From: Octopus sinensis
Taxonomy: Eukaryota
Reading direction: 5' to 3'
Assembly: GCF_006345805.1 (NCBI RefSeq)
Contig: NC_043007.1
Span: forward strand, 67,766,001 to 67,830,000
DNA length: 64,000 bases
Each line of letters opens with the position of its first letter. The first letter of the stretch is position 1. The translations under genes and the position numbers were made by a program. Positions 27,699-40,724 of the stretch are shown here, one piece after another. Under the pieces are notes generated by a model. It had not been told where the DNA came from and did not search any database. It worked only from the letters and a program-made list of their open reading frames with translations.

Positions 27699-29448
27699 CT
27701 ATGTATACACACAAATTATAAAGCTAGGGATGGGAAGTACTTCTACTGTCCACTGATACAAAAAAGAAGTCTCTATCTAGCCACTCAACAAGCTCGAAAA
27801 AGTAACCAAATTTCTTGAACATAAAAAAAAACAAAAAAAAAACGTATTATTGAATACTTCTGAAAAGATGAGGTGGTCATGAGAAGCCTCTATCTTGTTG
27901 ATTGACATATGAGAAATAACAGAAATTTGTAAAAAAAGAAGAAGAAAAAGACAAAAAAAAAAGGCATTTACATAATGTAGTTTTGGATATACTAGATTCA
28001 CTATCAAAAACAAGGTGAGATGGTCATGGGAAGCTTCTATGTAGTCACTTGACATGCTATCTATAGCAGCCAGATTTTCCTCATACAAAAAGCAAGAGTA
28101 CGTTGAATACAGTAGTCCTAAATACACTACTGAAAACAAGACAAAGTGGTTATGGTTGGAAAGTCTTTGAATATAGTCTGCTCAAAGAGAGCTGACCTGG
28201 GGCTCAAGTAGCAGATTTGGTGAGAAATGATACACACACACACACACTCATACATTATATACTATAGCCTTGCCTTTGGCCTTAAACTGGTAGAGTCGAT
28301 CACCCTCCTTACCAGGTCTGACCACAATTGGTTTGTTCCAGAGAAAGAGAGAAAGAGGGAGAAACACACATAAAAAGAAAGAGGATGAATTAACCCCAGT
28401 CAGTACTTTATTTTATTTTATTGATTCTGAAAGGATGAAAGGCTAACTTGACCATAGTGGTATTTAAACTCAAAGTGCAAAGAACTACAATCAATACAAC
28501 AAGACATTCTATATAGAGCTTTATAGATTCAACCAGTTTGGCACCATATCATCATCATTATTATTGAATGTCCATCTTCTATGCTAGTATAGGTTGGATG
28601 GTTTGACAGTCTGATGAGCCAAATGACTGTATTGAGCTCCAATGTCTACTTTGGTGTAGTTTCTATGGTTAAATGCCCTTTCTAATGGCAACCACTTTAT
28701 TGAGTGTACTGGGTGCTTTTATTCATGCCACTGGCACCAGCAAGGTCACTAAATAATTAGCAAGACAAGACCTCTCAAGTGAGTGGGGTGGTGGTATAAT
28801 ATTGAGAGAGGTGGCTTTATACCAGGTATTAAGAGGTTAAAGTATGATAGAAGGATAGGAACAAGGGGAGCTACATGGCTACCCAGATGGAAAAAGGGAA
28901 AAAAGATGTTGGTAATGAATTGTCAGAGTGTAACCTCAAGGTGAGTAAGTGAATATGAGAATAGGGACAGAGGATTCGAAAGGGTGAATGGGCAGGTAAG
29001 TCTTTAAGAGTGTGAAATGAGAATGATAGATGGTTAGTGATGGTGATAAAGGTGAACACAGGTGGAGGCATGATCAATGAGGTATATTAGTTTAGTGGGG
29101 GAAGTGAAGGGAGTAGGAAGTGGCAAATGACAGTGCCAAAGAAAGGGGTTGGAGAGCAACAGTATAACATTACCATAGATAGATGAGAAATAGGAAGAGG
29201 ATGTGAAGTGACAAAGGGAATGATAGGGATGTACAGTAGCAGAGATGAAAGTCATAGGAATGTACAAGTAGAAATAGTAATTGACGAACAAGTGTATGTG
29301 TGTGAAGGGGCATTGAAAACAGATATGAGAGGGAGTTCAGTGGAAGATAATATGGTAGGGTTGATATTGAAAAATGTGAGATAGTGATAAAAGGAAGTGA
29401 GTTACAAGGAGGGGGATAACTAAGCACTTATGAAGCCAAATGACTTAC

Positions 29449-29545
29449 TCTGAGGAAGTTTATTAGCAGCATCGGGACCCTTGGGCTTTTTCTTCTTCTT
29501 ACCAACTCTTGTTGGCACTGGAGGTTCATACTTTCGTTTCTTCTC
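29449..29545 (-). CDS. PSMC1: PSMC1 exon 3 ([32 protein letters not shown])
   Basis: tttacag|GAG...CAG A|gtaagt, 97 nt, within ORF 29420..29608. Confidence 0.97.
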
Positions 29546-30417
29546 CTGTAAAATAAAAATAGTATTAACAAAGATTATATAACGGCACATAATGATGATG
29601 TCATACAATCAGTATCACATAATTATTGTATTTTATAAAATATGTTTCTAATTTTTAAAAATCTTTTTACTTGTTTCAGTCATTAGACTGTGGCCATGCT
29701 GGGGCACTGCCTTGAAGAATTTATTTGCATGAATTGACCCTAGTACTTATTCCATTGTCCCTTTGCCAGACCACTAAGTTACAGGGACATAAATGTACAA
29801 ACACCAGTTAAGTGGTGGTGGGGGACAAATATATACACAAAACAGGCTTATTTCAGTTTCTGTCTACCAAATCCACCCACAAGGCTTTGGTCAGTCCGAG
29901 GCAATAGTAGCACAAGGTGCTGTGCAGTGAGACAAAAAAACAAAAAACAACAACCATGCCGTTGGGAAGCAAACTTGTTACTACACAGCCATTCCTGTGC
30001 CTTTACAATATATAATAATATATGGGTATCAATAAACTTTTACCTAGAATTTGGAAGGATTTAGTAAAATAACATTTTCATTAACAAGTTAATATAAAAT
30101 GTTCAGTTGAAAATTAAATTTTAATATCAACACTTTAAAAATGGTGAACTCTGTACTAGAGAACCTGATGTAGTCTCAGGCAAGTTTGTATCAAAAGTGT
30201 TAGATAGTAATGAACTTGAGTTTCAAGTGCTTAATTAATTTTAGATTCACCTGACAGGTTTAGAGTTTACTTTACATATATAGATATACTTACTTTATAA
30301 CCATTATATATGTATAAGATTAAGGAAAGTTAACCATTAAGAATTCTTGCAATTTGGTAAGTGATAGCAGAAATTATTTTTGTTATGAAGAAATCTTCAG
30401 GATAAAAATATAAGTAC

Positions 30418-30474
30418 CTTATCATCTTTTTTATCTGATCCTTGACCACTAGCTCCAGATGATTGATTCTGACC
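30418..30474 (-). CDS. PSMC1: PSMC1 exon 2 (GQNQSSGASGQGSDKKDDK)
   Basis: tttcag|GGT...AAG|gtactt, 57 nt, phase 0-0. Resembles human GQSQSGGHGPGGGKKDDK. Too short for the ORF track; found by reading. Confidence 0.92.
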
Positions 30475-32331
30475 CTGAAATAGACATTAAACATAAATTT
30501 TTACAATTCAGAGAAAACAGTATTTAATGAGAAAGCTTAGTTTGTTAGACAGTGGTGGTTCTCAACCAGGATCAATATGCCCACCTCTTCAGGAGGAAGG
30601 GACCATATAAAATTTTGTTAAAATTTATGTGCAATAAATTACTTATACTTCTACAAAACAAAACATTTTAACAATTTTTTTAATACAATTCCTAATTATA
30701 TTTAATTATAAAAATACAGTAGGACTTTTTTTTATATATGCATTGAATATCTACGGAAGTCCAGTAGAGTAAAATAAGAATCAAGGGGGTTCATAGGCAA
30801 AAAAACTATTGAGAACCATTGTTCTACACTGGTTTCAGAATATATTAGACATACATCTTTACATTTCATAGAAAACAATCTTTCAACTCAGCTTCAATGT
30901 TGGAGGACCATGCATTCAATAGGAGACACTCAACAGTCTGAGGAGAGCAGGATGATCAAAAGTTGAGTGTTACAAGACTGGTCCAACTACCTGTGAATGT
31001 AGAGAAGCAGACTAAACTATGGAGCACTGCCCTGTCTGCCTTCTATTACCCAGCCCTTGCAGCTCAAAAGATCTTGCTGAGTTTAATAAAAATACAAAGA
31101 ACTACATAAAAAAAAAGAGTAATTATTATATAGCCATTACACTTCAAAAAATTGAAAGAAAAGTAGAGAACAATATTTAACCCCTTTATACTCACATTAT
31201 TCTGTCAAAAGTAATCCTTATTTATTCATATTGTTTTGAATTATTCATGCATTATTTTTTAGCTTTGAGATTTTGATGAGCTAACTTAAGTTTTATAATA
31301 ATATTGTAGGGTTGGTGTGAGAAGCAAGATCTATCCACTTTGAGCATAACACACTTAGAATATTTTCGTTGGATATGGCTGGTTTAAATGCTAAAGGGAT
31401 GAGAAATCTGTAGATTTCAGAATACATATTTATCATTAATGTTTTAATATCCACTCTTCCATGCTTGCATGGATCAAATGGAATTCATAGAGGCAAATTG
31501 TCAATGGCTGGATGCCCTTCCTGTTGCCAGCCCTCACCTGTTACTAAGCAAGAAAACACTTTTTCTCAGTTGGAAATGTTTTTCATGGAGGACTACAAGT
31601 GAATAATATCACGTGTATAATGATATTCATTAATGTGGCTGTAAATGTGCTTGTTCACATCCATCACATGATGTCAAGATAGGTGTATCCAAATGCACAC
31701 GCACACACAATGGGCTTCTTTCAGTTTTCATTTACCAAATTCACTCACAAGTGCTCAACCTGGGGCTATAGTAGAAGACACATGCCCAAGGTGCCACACA
31801 GTGAGACTGAACCCAAAACCACATGGTTGGGAAGCAAGCTTTTTAACCATACAACTGCACATATACCTGTCCCCTCTATGTTTAGCCCCTATCTATATTA
31901 AATATAAATCTTTACATTTCAAAAAAACAATATTAAATGAGAACTGATTCTGGAATATGTTATATTTTTATATGAAGCATTGTCTCTAAAATATACAGAA
32001 TCAAAATGCTTGAACACATAACGTACTGACATGTCAACCTAGGAGTATGCGGAATGTAGATTAATGGTAAGCGAACAGTAGGGAGTTGACAAAATTGACT
32101 CAAAAGTGAAAGTAGGAGATTAAAGGCATAGAAGTTGAGTGATCTAGTTGTTGGGGAAAAACTTCCAGGTGTCTCAGGTACTGCTCATTTCAAGAGAGGT
32201 GTATGAAGACAGGACTGCAGGACATTCTTCAGAGATAATGTTGACTTACTTCTGAGAATATAGTACGATTTCAGCCAAGTAGCAGTTGATATGGTGGAGA
32301 AACAAAACAGTATAGATGGTAGAGCATATAT

Positions 32332-32374
<43 letters not shown>

Positions 32375-34789
32375 TCATCATCATCATCATCATCGTCGTT
32401 TAGCGTCCGTTTTCCATGCTAGCATGGGTTGGACGGTTCTACTGGGGTCTGTGAAGCCAGAAGGCTTCATCAGGCCCAGTCAAATCTGGCAGTGTTTCTA
32501 CGGCTGGATGCCCTTCCTAACGCCAACCACTCCGTGGGTGTAGTGGGTGCTTTTTACGTGCCACCCGCACAGGTGCCAGACAGAGCTGGCAAACGGCCAC
32601 GAATGGATGGTGCTTTTTATGTGCCACCGGCACAATATATTATACATACATATATATATATATATATACGTACATACATATGTGAATGTTTGTCTCTTTG
32701 TCTTAACACTGAGTGATATCCACACAAACATAGAAAAGTGGACTTTAAAATGAAGGTAAGGAAAATGTACATGTATTGAGGATACTCATTGATAAATTGT
32801 CAGGATATGTTGTGCTTAGTGAAACAGTAGTATACAAAGAAGCTAGTGATAGTTTGTGTTGGTACAGAATAAAATAATCATCATCATCGTTTAATGTCCG
32901 CTTTCCATGCTAGCATGGGTTGGACGAATGACTGAGGGTTGGCGAAACAGATGGCTGCACCAGGCTCCAATCTTGATCTGGCAGAGTTTCTACAGCTGGA
33001 TGCCCTTCATAACGCCAACCACTCCGAGTGTGTAGTGGGTGCTTTTACGTGCCACCAGCACGGGGCCAGTCAGGCGGTACTGGCAACGACGTCGCTCGAA
33101 TCTTTTATATGTGCCAGTAAGGCGATGCTGGTAACTATCACGCTTGAATGGTGTCTTTTACGTGCCACCAGCATGGAGGCCAGATAGCTGCTCTGGCAAC
33201 GATCATGCTCGGATGGTGCTCTTAATACCCTACTAGCACGTGGCTTGAGTGCCAGTAGGCGACGGTGGTAATGATCATGCTCAAATTGTGCCTTTCAGGT
33301 GCCACTGGCGCGGAAGCCAGTTAGCCGCTCTGTCAATGATCACACTCGTGTGGTGCTCTTTGCACCCCGCTAGCATGGACGCCAGTCATCGAATTTGATT
33401 TTGATTTGATCTTGATTTTTGGACAAAAATGGAATAAATTATTTTGCTGTAAGGAAGAGAAGTCTAAAATTTTGGTAAAAATATTCATGAGGTGAAATGT
33501 TTACTAATAGTGATGAATCAACAAATGTCATATATTAGTTACTTCAGTTTAGAAAAAGTGGTTTTATTATTACAAGGTCCCACATTCAGTCTAAGTGCAT
33601 GACACTTAGGCTTAATTGAAGTCTTGTGGATGAATTTGTGGAGTAGCCCATTGGATGGACCTACTGCATGAAATTTGAAGATCTAATTTGGAGATGCTGT
33701 GTCTGCGAGAAGAATATGTTTAATAGTACATGTGTCTGTGGAACAACTAGTTACAGTATAATTCAATGAGTAGGTTGATCAAACATTGGATTGTTTGTAA
33801 AAACTGATGGGAGTTCATCATCATTATTAATTAACACAGGAAAGTAATGTTATCTATTACAGTTTTAACAGTTTCAGAAGAGCAATTACAGAATGGATGT
33901 ACCATGTCTTAAAAGTAGCTAGCAAATTATTATAAACTAGAATTAGTTTGGATAAAATGTAGATAGAGTTTATGCCAGGATACTGAGTGATTACCATACT
34001 GAAATAATTACGAGATGTTTTTGGTTAAGAAAAAGCTACAAGCTAGTTTGCATTTGTTGATCAGGAAAAGAAATTTAGCAAAGTGGAATACACTGAGTGC
34101 ATTGAGAAATTTAGTGCAGCTCTTCAGCCCAATCCTGTCTTAAGATATGGGCACAGAGGACACTTATCCAGGGGTTCCACAGACCTAGGGATCCAATGTA
34201 AATCTATGCATGCCTTTGCTGTGTTTATAGGGGCCTATAGTGCAGTTGAGGAGATACAGTCTCAGCCCATTTTAATTATAATTCTTGAAGCTAGAATATA
34301 AGATTTCAGGACACAGTACCTATTCCTTTACTACCAACAAGGGACTAAACACAGAGGGGACAAACAAGGACAGACAAATGGATTAATTTGATTACATTGA
34401 CCCCAGTGCATAACTGGTACTTATATAATCGACTCCGAAAAGATGAAAGGCAAAGTTGACCTCGGCGGAATTTGAACTCAGAACATAGCGGCAGACAAAA
34501 TACCGTTAAGCATTTCGCCTGGTGTGCTAACAATTCTGCCAGCTCGCCACCTTTCAGGACTCAGTACCATTGGGAACTTTTATATACTGTATTTCTATTT
34601 TATTATAGCAGAAAAGTTCCAAACTTGGAAGCATGTTTTACAATTTGCATATGACCATGTATATGTGTAATGTCAGTCTGCAAGACAGCCAAAGCATAGA
34701 GTTTAGAAAATGAAGGTTGTTTTGAAAGTAATGCAAAAGTGGGATTAGTTTTGTTTTATTAACTGACAAAGGTCATTCAAACTGCACAT

Positions 34790-35600
34790 GTTGGTAGATG
34801 AACACCACTTCTTCAAGCAGAAGCAATGTATCATCATCATGTTCTTGTCAAAGGTTGAGTCCAATATCTACAGAGAGCTACAAGTTATTTATGGAGATGA
34901 CACAATGAAAAATGGCAATATATACAGAGGGATGGAAAGGTCTAAAAATGAGAAACCAGCATTAAAGACAAACCATTGCATCAAAAGCCAATATGAGAGT
35001 TCCTCTCATGATAACTACAGAAGTATAGTTTGTTCTAACAGAATGTTTAAGTGGGGATAAATATTACCTCTCGTTAATAAATATCTTTTAACAAACCATC
35101 AACTGCAACTGCTGACTCAAATCGCCAGTGAGTAGAACTGATTCAGATGAATTACAATTTGTGAGCTTGCTACACAATTGGACCATAGTGGCAATGCATT
35201 ACAAAAGATGGTGAAAGACTTTGGGCATTAGAAAATATGAAAGTGGGCACCTCAGCAGCTGACATTTGGTTTGAAAGTGAGAACAGTGAAGTCATCACTG
35301 ATCTGATGCAAGTGTTTGAAATGAATGAAAAGGTGTTTCCCCCCCCCCCCCCAAACTGGTGATGGAATGAAACGTGGGTGTGTCTTTATGATCTGGAAAC
35401 AAAAGCTTAGTGCATAGAATGGCATCACACCTCTTCTCAAAGGACTAAGAAGTTAAAAAGCCAGCAACTCTTCCTTGATTTTCTAGAATGTGACTGTACT
35501 GTGAACAGAGTGGCACTCTGAGACATGCCAAAACCTTAAAGAAACCATTAGGAGAAAGAGACAAATCAAGACTTCAAAAACAATTCACATGACAATGTGT
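34790..35600 (+). mobile_element. highly degraded mariner remnant in PSMC1 intron 1
   Basis: HTH-like IIMFLSK...IYRELQVIYGDD, a W.PQQLT motif, and ETWVCLYDLETK..C.EWHH. Confidence 0.7.
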
Positions 35601-37033
35601 GGGCATACATATATTAGGTAACAAATCAGGTAATCATAAGATTATGTGTGTATATGAGTCTGAGAGAGTGTACATGTTTATAATGGTGAGTGTATGTAGG
35701 GACGAGAATCTGTATATTCTTACAAAAACACCATATAATTGGCAGTATCAAAGTATGAGTGAAATGAGATCAAGTGTTCCACTGTATAACGAATGACGTA
35801 CCAGATAAAGCACTTGGGGCTAGAACAAACGACTTAAACCCCAAAGATGATACAATAGAGACGAATAGAGATTAAGGGGAAAAAAAAGTTGCGAGACATT
35901 TCGACGCTTAAGCAAATCTATCACTGCTTCTCTTAATGTTTAAAAAAAATATTTCATATAGTAAGGCTGAAACAACCTGGGATAGCAAGTTTTACTTACA
36001 ATAACACCCTTACTCATTCCGTCAGGTAATAACAGCAGGGATCATCACAAGCAGTAATGGACTAAGTAGAAACGGTTAAAGTACAATGCAAACTGCAGTA
36101 TTGGTCTCATCCCTCAATAATCTCAGTTGAAACCCCGTCGACGTCAATTATAAGCATCCATCTCAATGGATTTTTTTTTTAATGCATTTTTCAAGGAGAG
36201 GTAAGAAACTGCATTAGCCCCATACCATTAATGTAATTAGTTTCGATTCCATCCACTCCCACAATATTTTGTGGCTTCAAGATAATATAATATGTAAAAC
36301 ACGTTAATTATTATTAAAAATAACGTTTTCGTACATAACCACGTCTAAGTCCTCTGTCCAACTGAATAGAAGTAACAGCCACACGTTTTTTTTTCAAAAG
36401 GACATTAGCAATGATAATAATAAAGGTTTCTATCATAGACCGAAGGCCTGAAGTCTAGTGGGACGGAGTTAGTCGAGGAACTTGACTGGAGGCACTTTAC
36501 ATTATTGAACCCCGAAGGATGAAAGCTAAAGTTGCTTACTGCAGGATTCGGACTCGGAACATAAAGGGAGCCAGAACAAATACTGCAAGGCGTTTTGTCA
36601 GAGATTCTAACGATTTAAATAAAGAAAAGGTAAAGGTCCTCTGAATCGAAACAATATATTACCGGTATTTTTGTTACAGACCTCTGTTGCATGAAAATTT
36701 AAATAGGCTGATGGGATTACACAAACCAAGAAAATCAAAAATGCAGGGCCTTTTATGATAGTAAAGGAACACCAAGACTAGAAATTGCAAACCATAAACG
36801 ATTAAAACATCTATTATCCATAAATTTGTAATCAGCATGATCGACTGAAAATAAGAAATCTTTATTTTAAAGCTTCATTAAGCTGTAATTTTCTTCTACA
36901 GTTTCAGAAAGCCCGTTTTGATGATGATGTATATATATCAGCGTGCTGTAAAGGAATACGAAATTATGGAGTATTTGTATAGAATAGTTGAGAAAGAGCA
37001 GAAATAAGTGGAAGAGATGTCCAAGTAACTCAC

Positions 37034-37036
37034 CAT
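37034..37036 (-). CDS. PSMC1: PSMC1 coding exon 1 (start codon only)
   Basis: Minus strand reads aaatatacaATG|gtgagt: A at -3 and a consensus donor. Phase 0 joins exon 2 to give MGQNQS, matching the Rpt2 N-terminus. No other Met is available in exon 2. Confidence 0.8.
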
Positions 37037-37089
37037 TGTATATTTAATACGACAGAGACGGGTTGGAAACACTGACTTCTTAATTGATG

Positions 37090-37126
37090 TGCTTTGTCAT
37101 CTTCCGGTAAGACAGTGCTGCCATCT
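37090..37126 (-). promoter_or_regulatory. ARE-like ATGACAAAGCA (37090-37100) abutting ETS CCGGAAG (37101-37107) and YY1-like AGATGGC (37120-37126)
   Basis: Minus strand reads tagatggcagcactgtcttaCCGGAAGATGACAAAGCAcatc, 54-90 nt upstream of the PSMC1 ATG. Matches RTGACnnnGCA. Confidence 0.6.
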
Positions 37127-37406
37127 ACAACAGACCGGCAAAAACAGAGTTATCTAACTTGAAAATTTTTGAGCGTCGTATTTTCTTCTTCTTTTTCATC
37201 AAGTAATGAAGTTTCAGAGAGATCTGAAGATGAACTCAAGGTTTCGATTACCACTCGCAGCTGTTTCATTTTATTTACACCTTTATACTGTTTAATGGTG
37301 GCCTTAAGCATGAAACGACAAAACTTGGTCATTCCCAACCGCTGTTATTTTTGTGAAATTCTAATTTAAGATAAAAATGTATTACTTTATTATCAATTAT
37401 CAATTA

Positions 37407-37479
<73 letters not shown>

Positions 37480-38254
37480 GCGCGCGTACCGTGGGTGTGT
37501 ATGTTTGTGTGTGTATATATGTGTGTATGTGTATGTGTGTGTGTGTATGTGTGTGTGTGTATATTTATACGTTCACAGATACACATACGTGCACGCACAT
37601 ATATAAATTTCTATCTTGGTAATTGCAAAACAATGAATTTTAATAAAGGAAAAGATTAGGGCATGTTCATGCCGTTCCAAATCCAGTAGTAATATTAGTA
37701 AAACTTCGGTCAGGAATCACAACACAACTGAAAATCTATTTAATTCGCCTCCATGTTTTTTTTGTTTGGCATTTATAATTATTTACTGCATTTGTATAAG
37801 ACTAGAGAAATATGTTTCTCGAAGAAAAAAGAGGGTGTCGTTATGTTCATGTTTTTTCAAAGGCAAAAATTTCGATTATTTGGCTTGCAGGCAAATATAA
37901 AAATTTCTCCAAGGGAGATAAATATAAATCATTGAAAGAGTTACTTACCTTTACCCATGAGATTGGCCTTTCTTCCTCAATTTTTTTTTTTTTTTTCATC
38001 TTTTCATTTTGTCTCTTTCTCTCCAATGATGATAGTAATCCTTTCTACTCTGCACCAAGACTGAAATTTTGCGGGTTGGAGCAAGCCTGTTATATTGATC
38101 CCAGTGCTCGACTGGTTCTTATTTATCCCAAGTGGATGAAAGGAAAAGTGGACCTTGGTGGCATTTCAACTCACAAAGTAAAGATGAACGAAATGCCGCT
38201 AAGCATTTCTTTCAGCATACTAACGATTCTCCCAGCTCACCGTTTTAATAATGA

Positions 38255-38415
38255 TGATGATGGCGGTAATAATAATATTAAAATATAATAATAATTATAA
38301 TAATAATAATAATAATAATAATAATCATAATAATAATAACAACAACAACAACAACAATAATAATAATAATAACAACAACAATAATATTAACAACAACAAC
38401 AACAACAACAACAAC

Positions 38416-38462
<47 letters not shown>
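38255..38462. repeat. long (AAT)n/(AAC)n microsatellite
   Basis: Directly visible; source of the poly-Asn ORF. Confidence 0.95.
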
Positions 38463-38464
<2 letters not shown>

Positions 38465-38999
38465 TGCCCTGATGCAATACCAGGCAGTGGCTCTCATGGC
38501 TTCTGATCTTAACTGATTGGAAGTGTTATCATGTACATTGTTTTGTCTTGGTATAAAAGATGGGCTACAGCAAATATTCTGCTCAATACCACAGATTTGC
38601 TTGTCAGTTGTTTGACCTTAACCAGTTGAGCATGTCTCTTTGTGGCTGACGATATGTGCATCTCTGATCCCGAGCAGAAGTAGTGGGGGAGCATCATAGC
38701 CATGTGTTAAAAGGAATTCTTGGAGGTGTGGATAATTCACCTTTGGAAACATGCGTGGTTCGTTCAACATTCTTTAACAACCCTTATTCAGGGACCATTT
38801 GAGCGGGATGTGCTACTCGCCTAGAAACAAATTCTAACTGGGCTCCACCTGCAAGGTCATGCACTGTTTATCTTGATATGAGATCACCATGTCGCGCACA
38901 CATGGTTGTGATGCATGTACCTAGTGTACCCTTATCAGACGGGTTTTGTATATTTTACCCCCGTGTCACTTTGATGGCATGCACTGCTCTCTCACTGCC
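38463..38999. repeat. ~540-bp unclassified element bracketed by (AAT)n arrays
   Basis: GC-richer block between two AAT arrays. Interspersed-repeat status is from recollection of octopus sequence, not shown within this window. Confidence 0.45.
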
Positions 39000-39051
<52 letters not shown>

Positions 39052-39664
39052 TAATAATAATAATAACAACAACAACAATAATAAAAGGACTATATGGTTA
39101 CAGATGCACCGTCTTTGATGTTAAGTTTGCTAAGTCAGAGTTAAGCAAGGGATACACAAGAACAAGAACAAGAACAAACAACAAGAAAAGAAAACATAAA
39201 AGTGGATATTATGATGCCAAGTCGTCTTACTTAATTGTATAATCTAATTAATTAAACATAGCTGTGACTAACTTGCAATTAATCTGTAATAAAATACAGA
39301 TATCTTATGGTTGGTGTTAAATTAATATTCGTTTTCATTTATATTTGTATATTTTTTTACAACTGGGTATTTGTTTTTTATTTTCTTTTATTGTTTTTAG
39401 TCACTTGACTGCAGCCATGCTGGAGTAGCAGTGCTTTCAAAGGTTTTAGTTGATAACATCGATCCTAGAGCTTAATCTGTTGCAAGTTTTATCGATTTGG
39501 TTGAAGAAGAATGCAAGTAGTCGTAGATATGAAAGATCATGGTATCACTAGGGATTTTGTTCGAGGCACTGATTTTTCCACCACACGCCTGGCTCGCACA
39601 CATGCACACGAACACGCAAACACACACACACACGCACACACATACACACACATACACATACACA

Positions 39665-39708
<44 letters not shown>

Positions 39709-40396
39709 ATACACACTCACTCACGCACGCACGCACGTGCACACATACGCACGTGCGTACATTCGTACGTAACCGATGATTTAGTTTCTCGCCATACCTA
39801 TTCTGTCAAGCAAGGTATGACAAAATATTAACAAACATATCAAAATATAATTAATCATCATTAGAGATTTGATTGGTTGTCATCATTATGGATTTGATTG
39901 GTTAAAAAATGAAGTGTTCAGCACACACAATAAATTCCCCAGTACCCACAGACACATTAAGTTCTCTCCTAGAGTTAATTAAAGAAGACACTCAATCACC
40001 GATGAAATTCGGAGTAGAAATGTTACTAATCTGGCTGATCTCTCTCTTTCTGTCTAGGAAGATATTATATAGATGCGGTGTTTACATCAGTTATGAAACA
40101 ATTACGAATATAACAGCATCACTGCAGATGTTTGTAAATGTCTGTCGTTGAGCCTGCATAACACAATTTCGTGACATCAGTACAAGGCATCAAATTAAAA
40201 GTTCCTCCACCACTATATTCTTCAAAATAGGTGCAGGCATGACAGTGTAGTAGTTAAGAAGCTTACTTTGGCAAACGCGTTGTTTCGGGTTCAGTCCCAC
40301 TGCGTGGCCCCTTAGTTTCAGTCTCTTCTACTTACAGCTCCGCGTTGGTCAATACTCTGCGAATGAATTTGGAATGCGAGAATTGGAATAAGCCCG

Positions 40397-40487
<91 letters not shown>

Positions 40488-40660
40488 TATAATAATGATA
40501 TAGAATAATAATTCTCGAAGCACATCACATACAGCGATAGTTTGCTTCTAAAAATTCTTTACAGCTATTCTTTGTAGCTGTATGTGAAGTGTCTCAAGAA
40601 CCATTATTAAAAGAAAAAGTAAATTATTTCATGGTTATAAAATGTTCTTACGACGTTAAC

Positions 40661-40692
<32 letters not shown>

Positions 40693-40724
40693 TGTATGTA
40701 TGTATGTTTGTATGTATGTATGTA

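Noticed and set aside
36010-36050. Box C (GTGATGA) and box D (CTGA) on the minus strand in intron 1
   Set aside because: The boxes are only about 20 nt apart with no terminal stem, too short for a C/D snoRNA.
37150-37369. Overlapping 62-66 aa ORFs beside the promoter (possible bidirectional gene)
   Set aside because: No splice donor or recognisable domain; low-complexity content.
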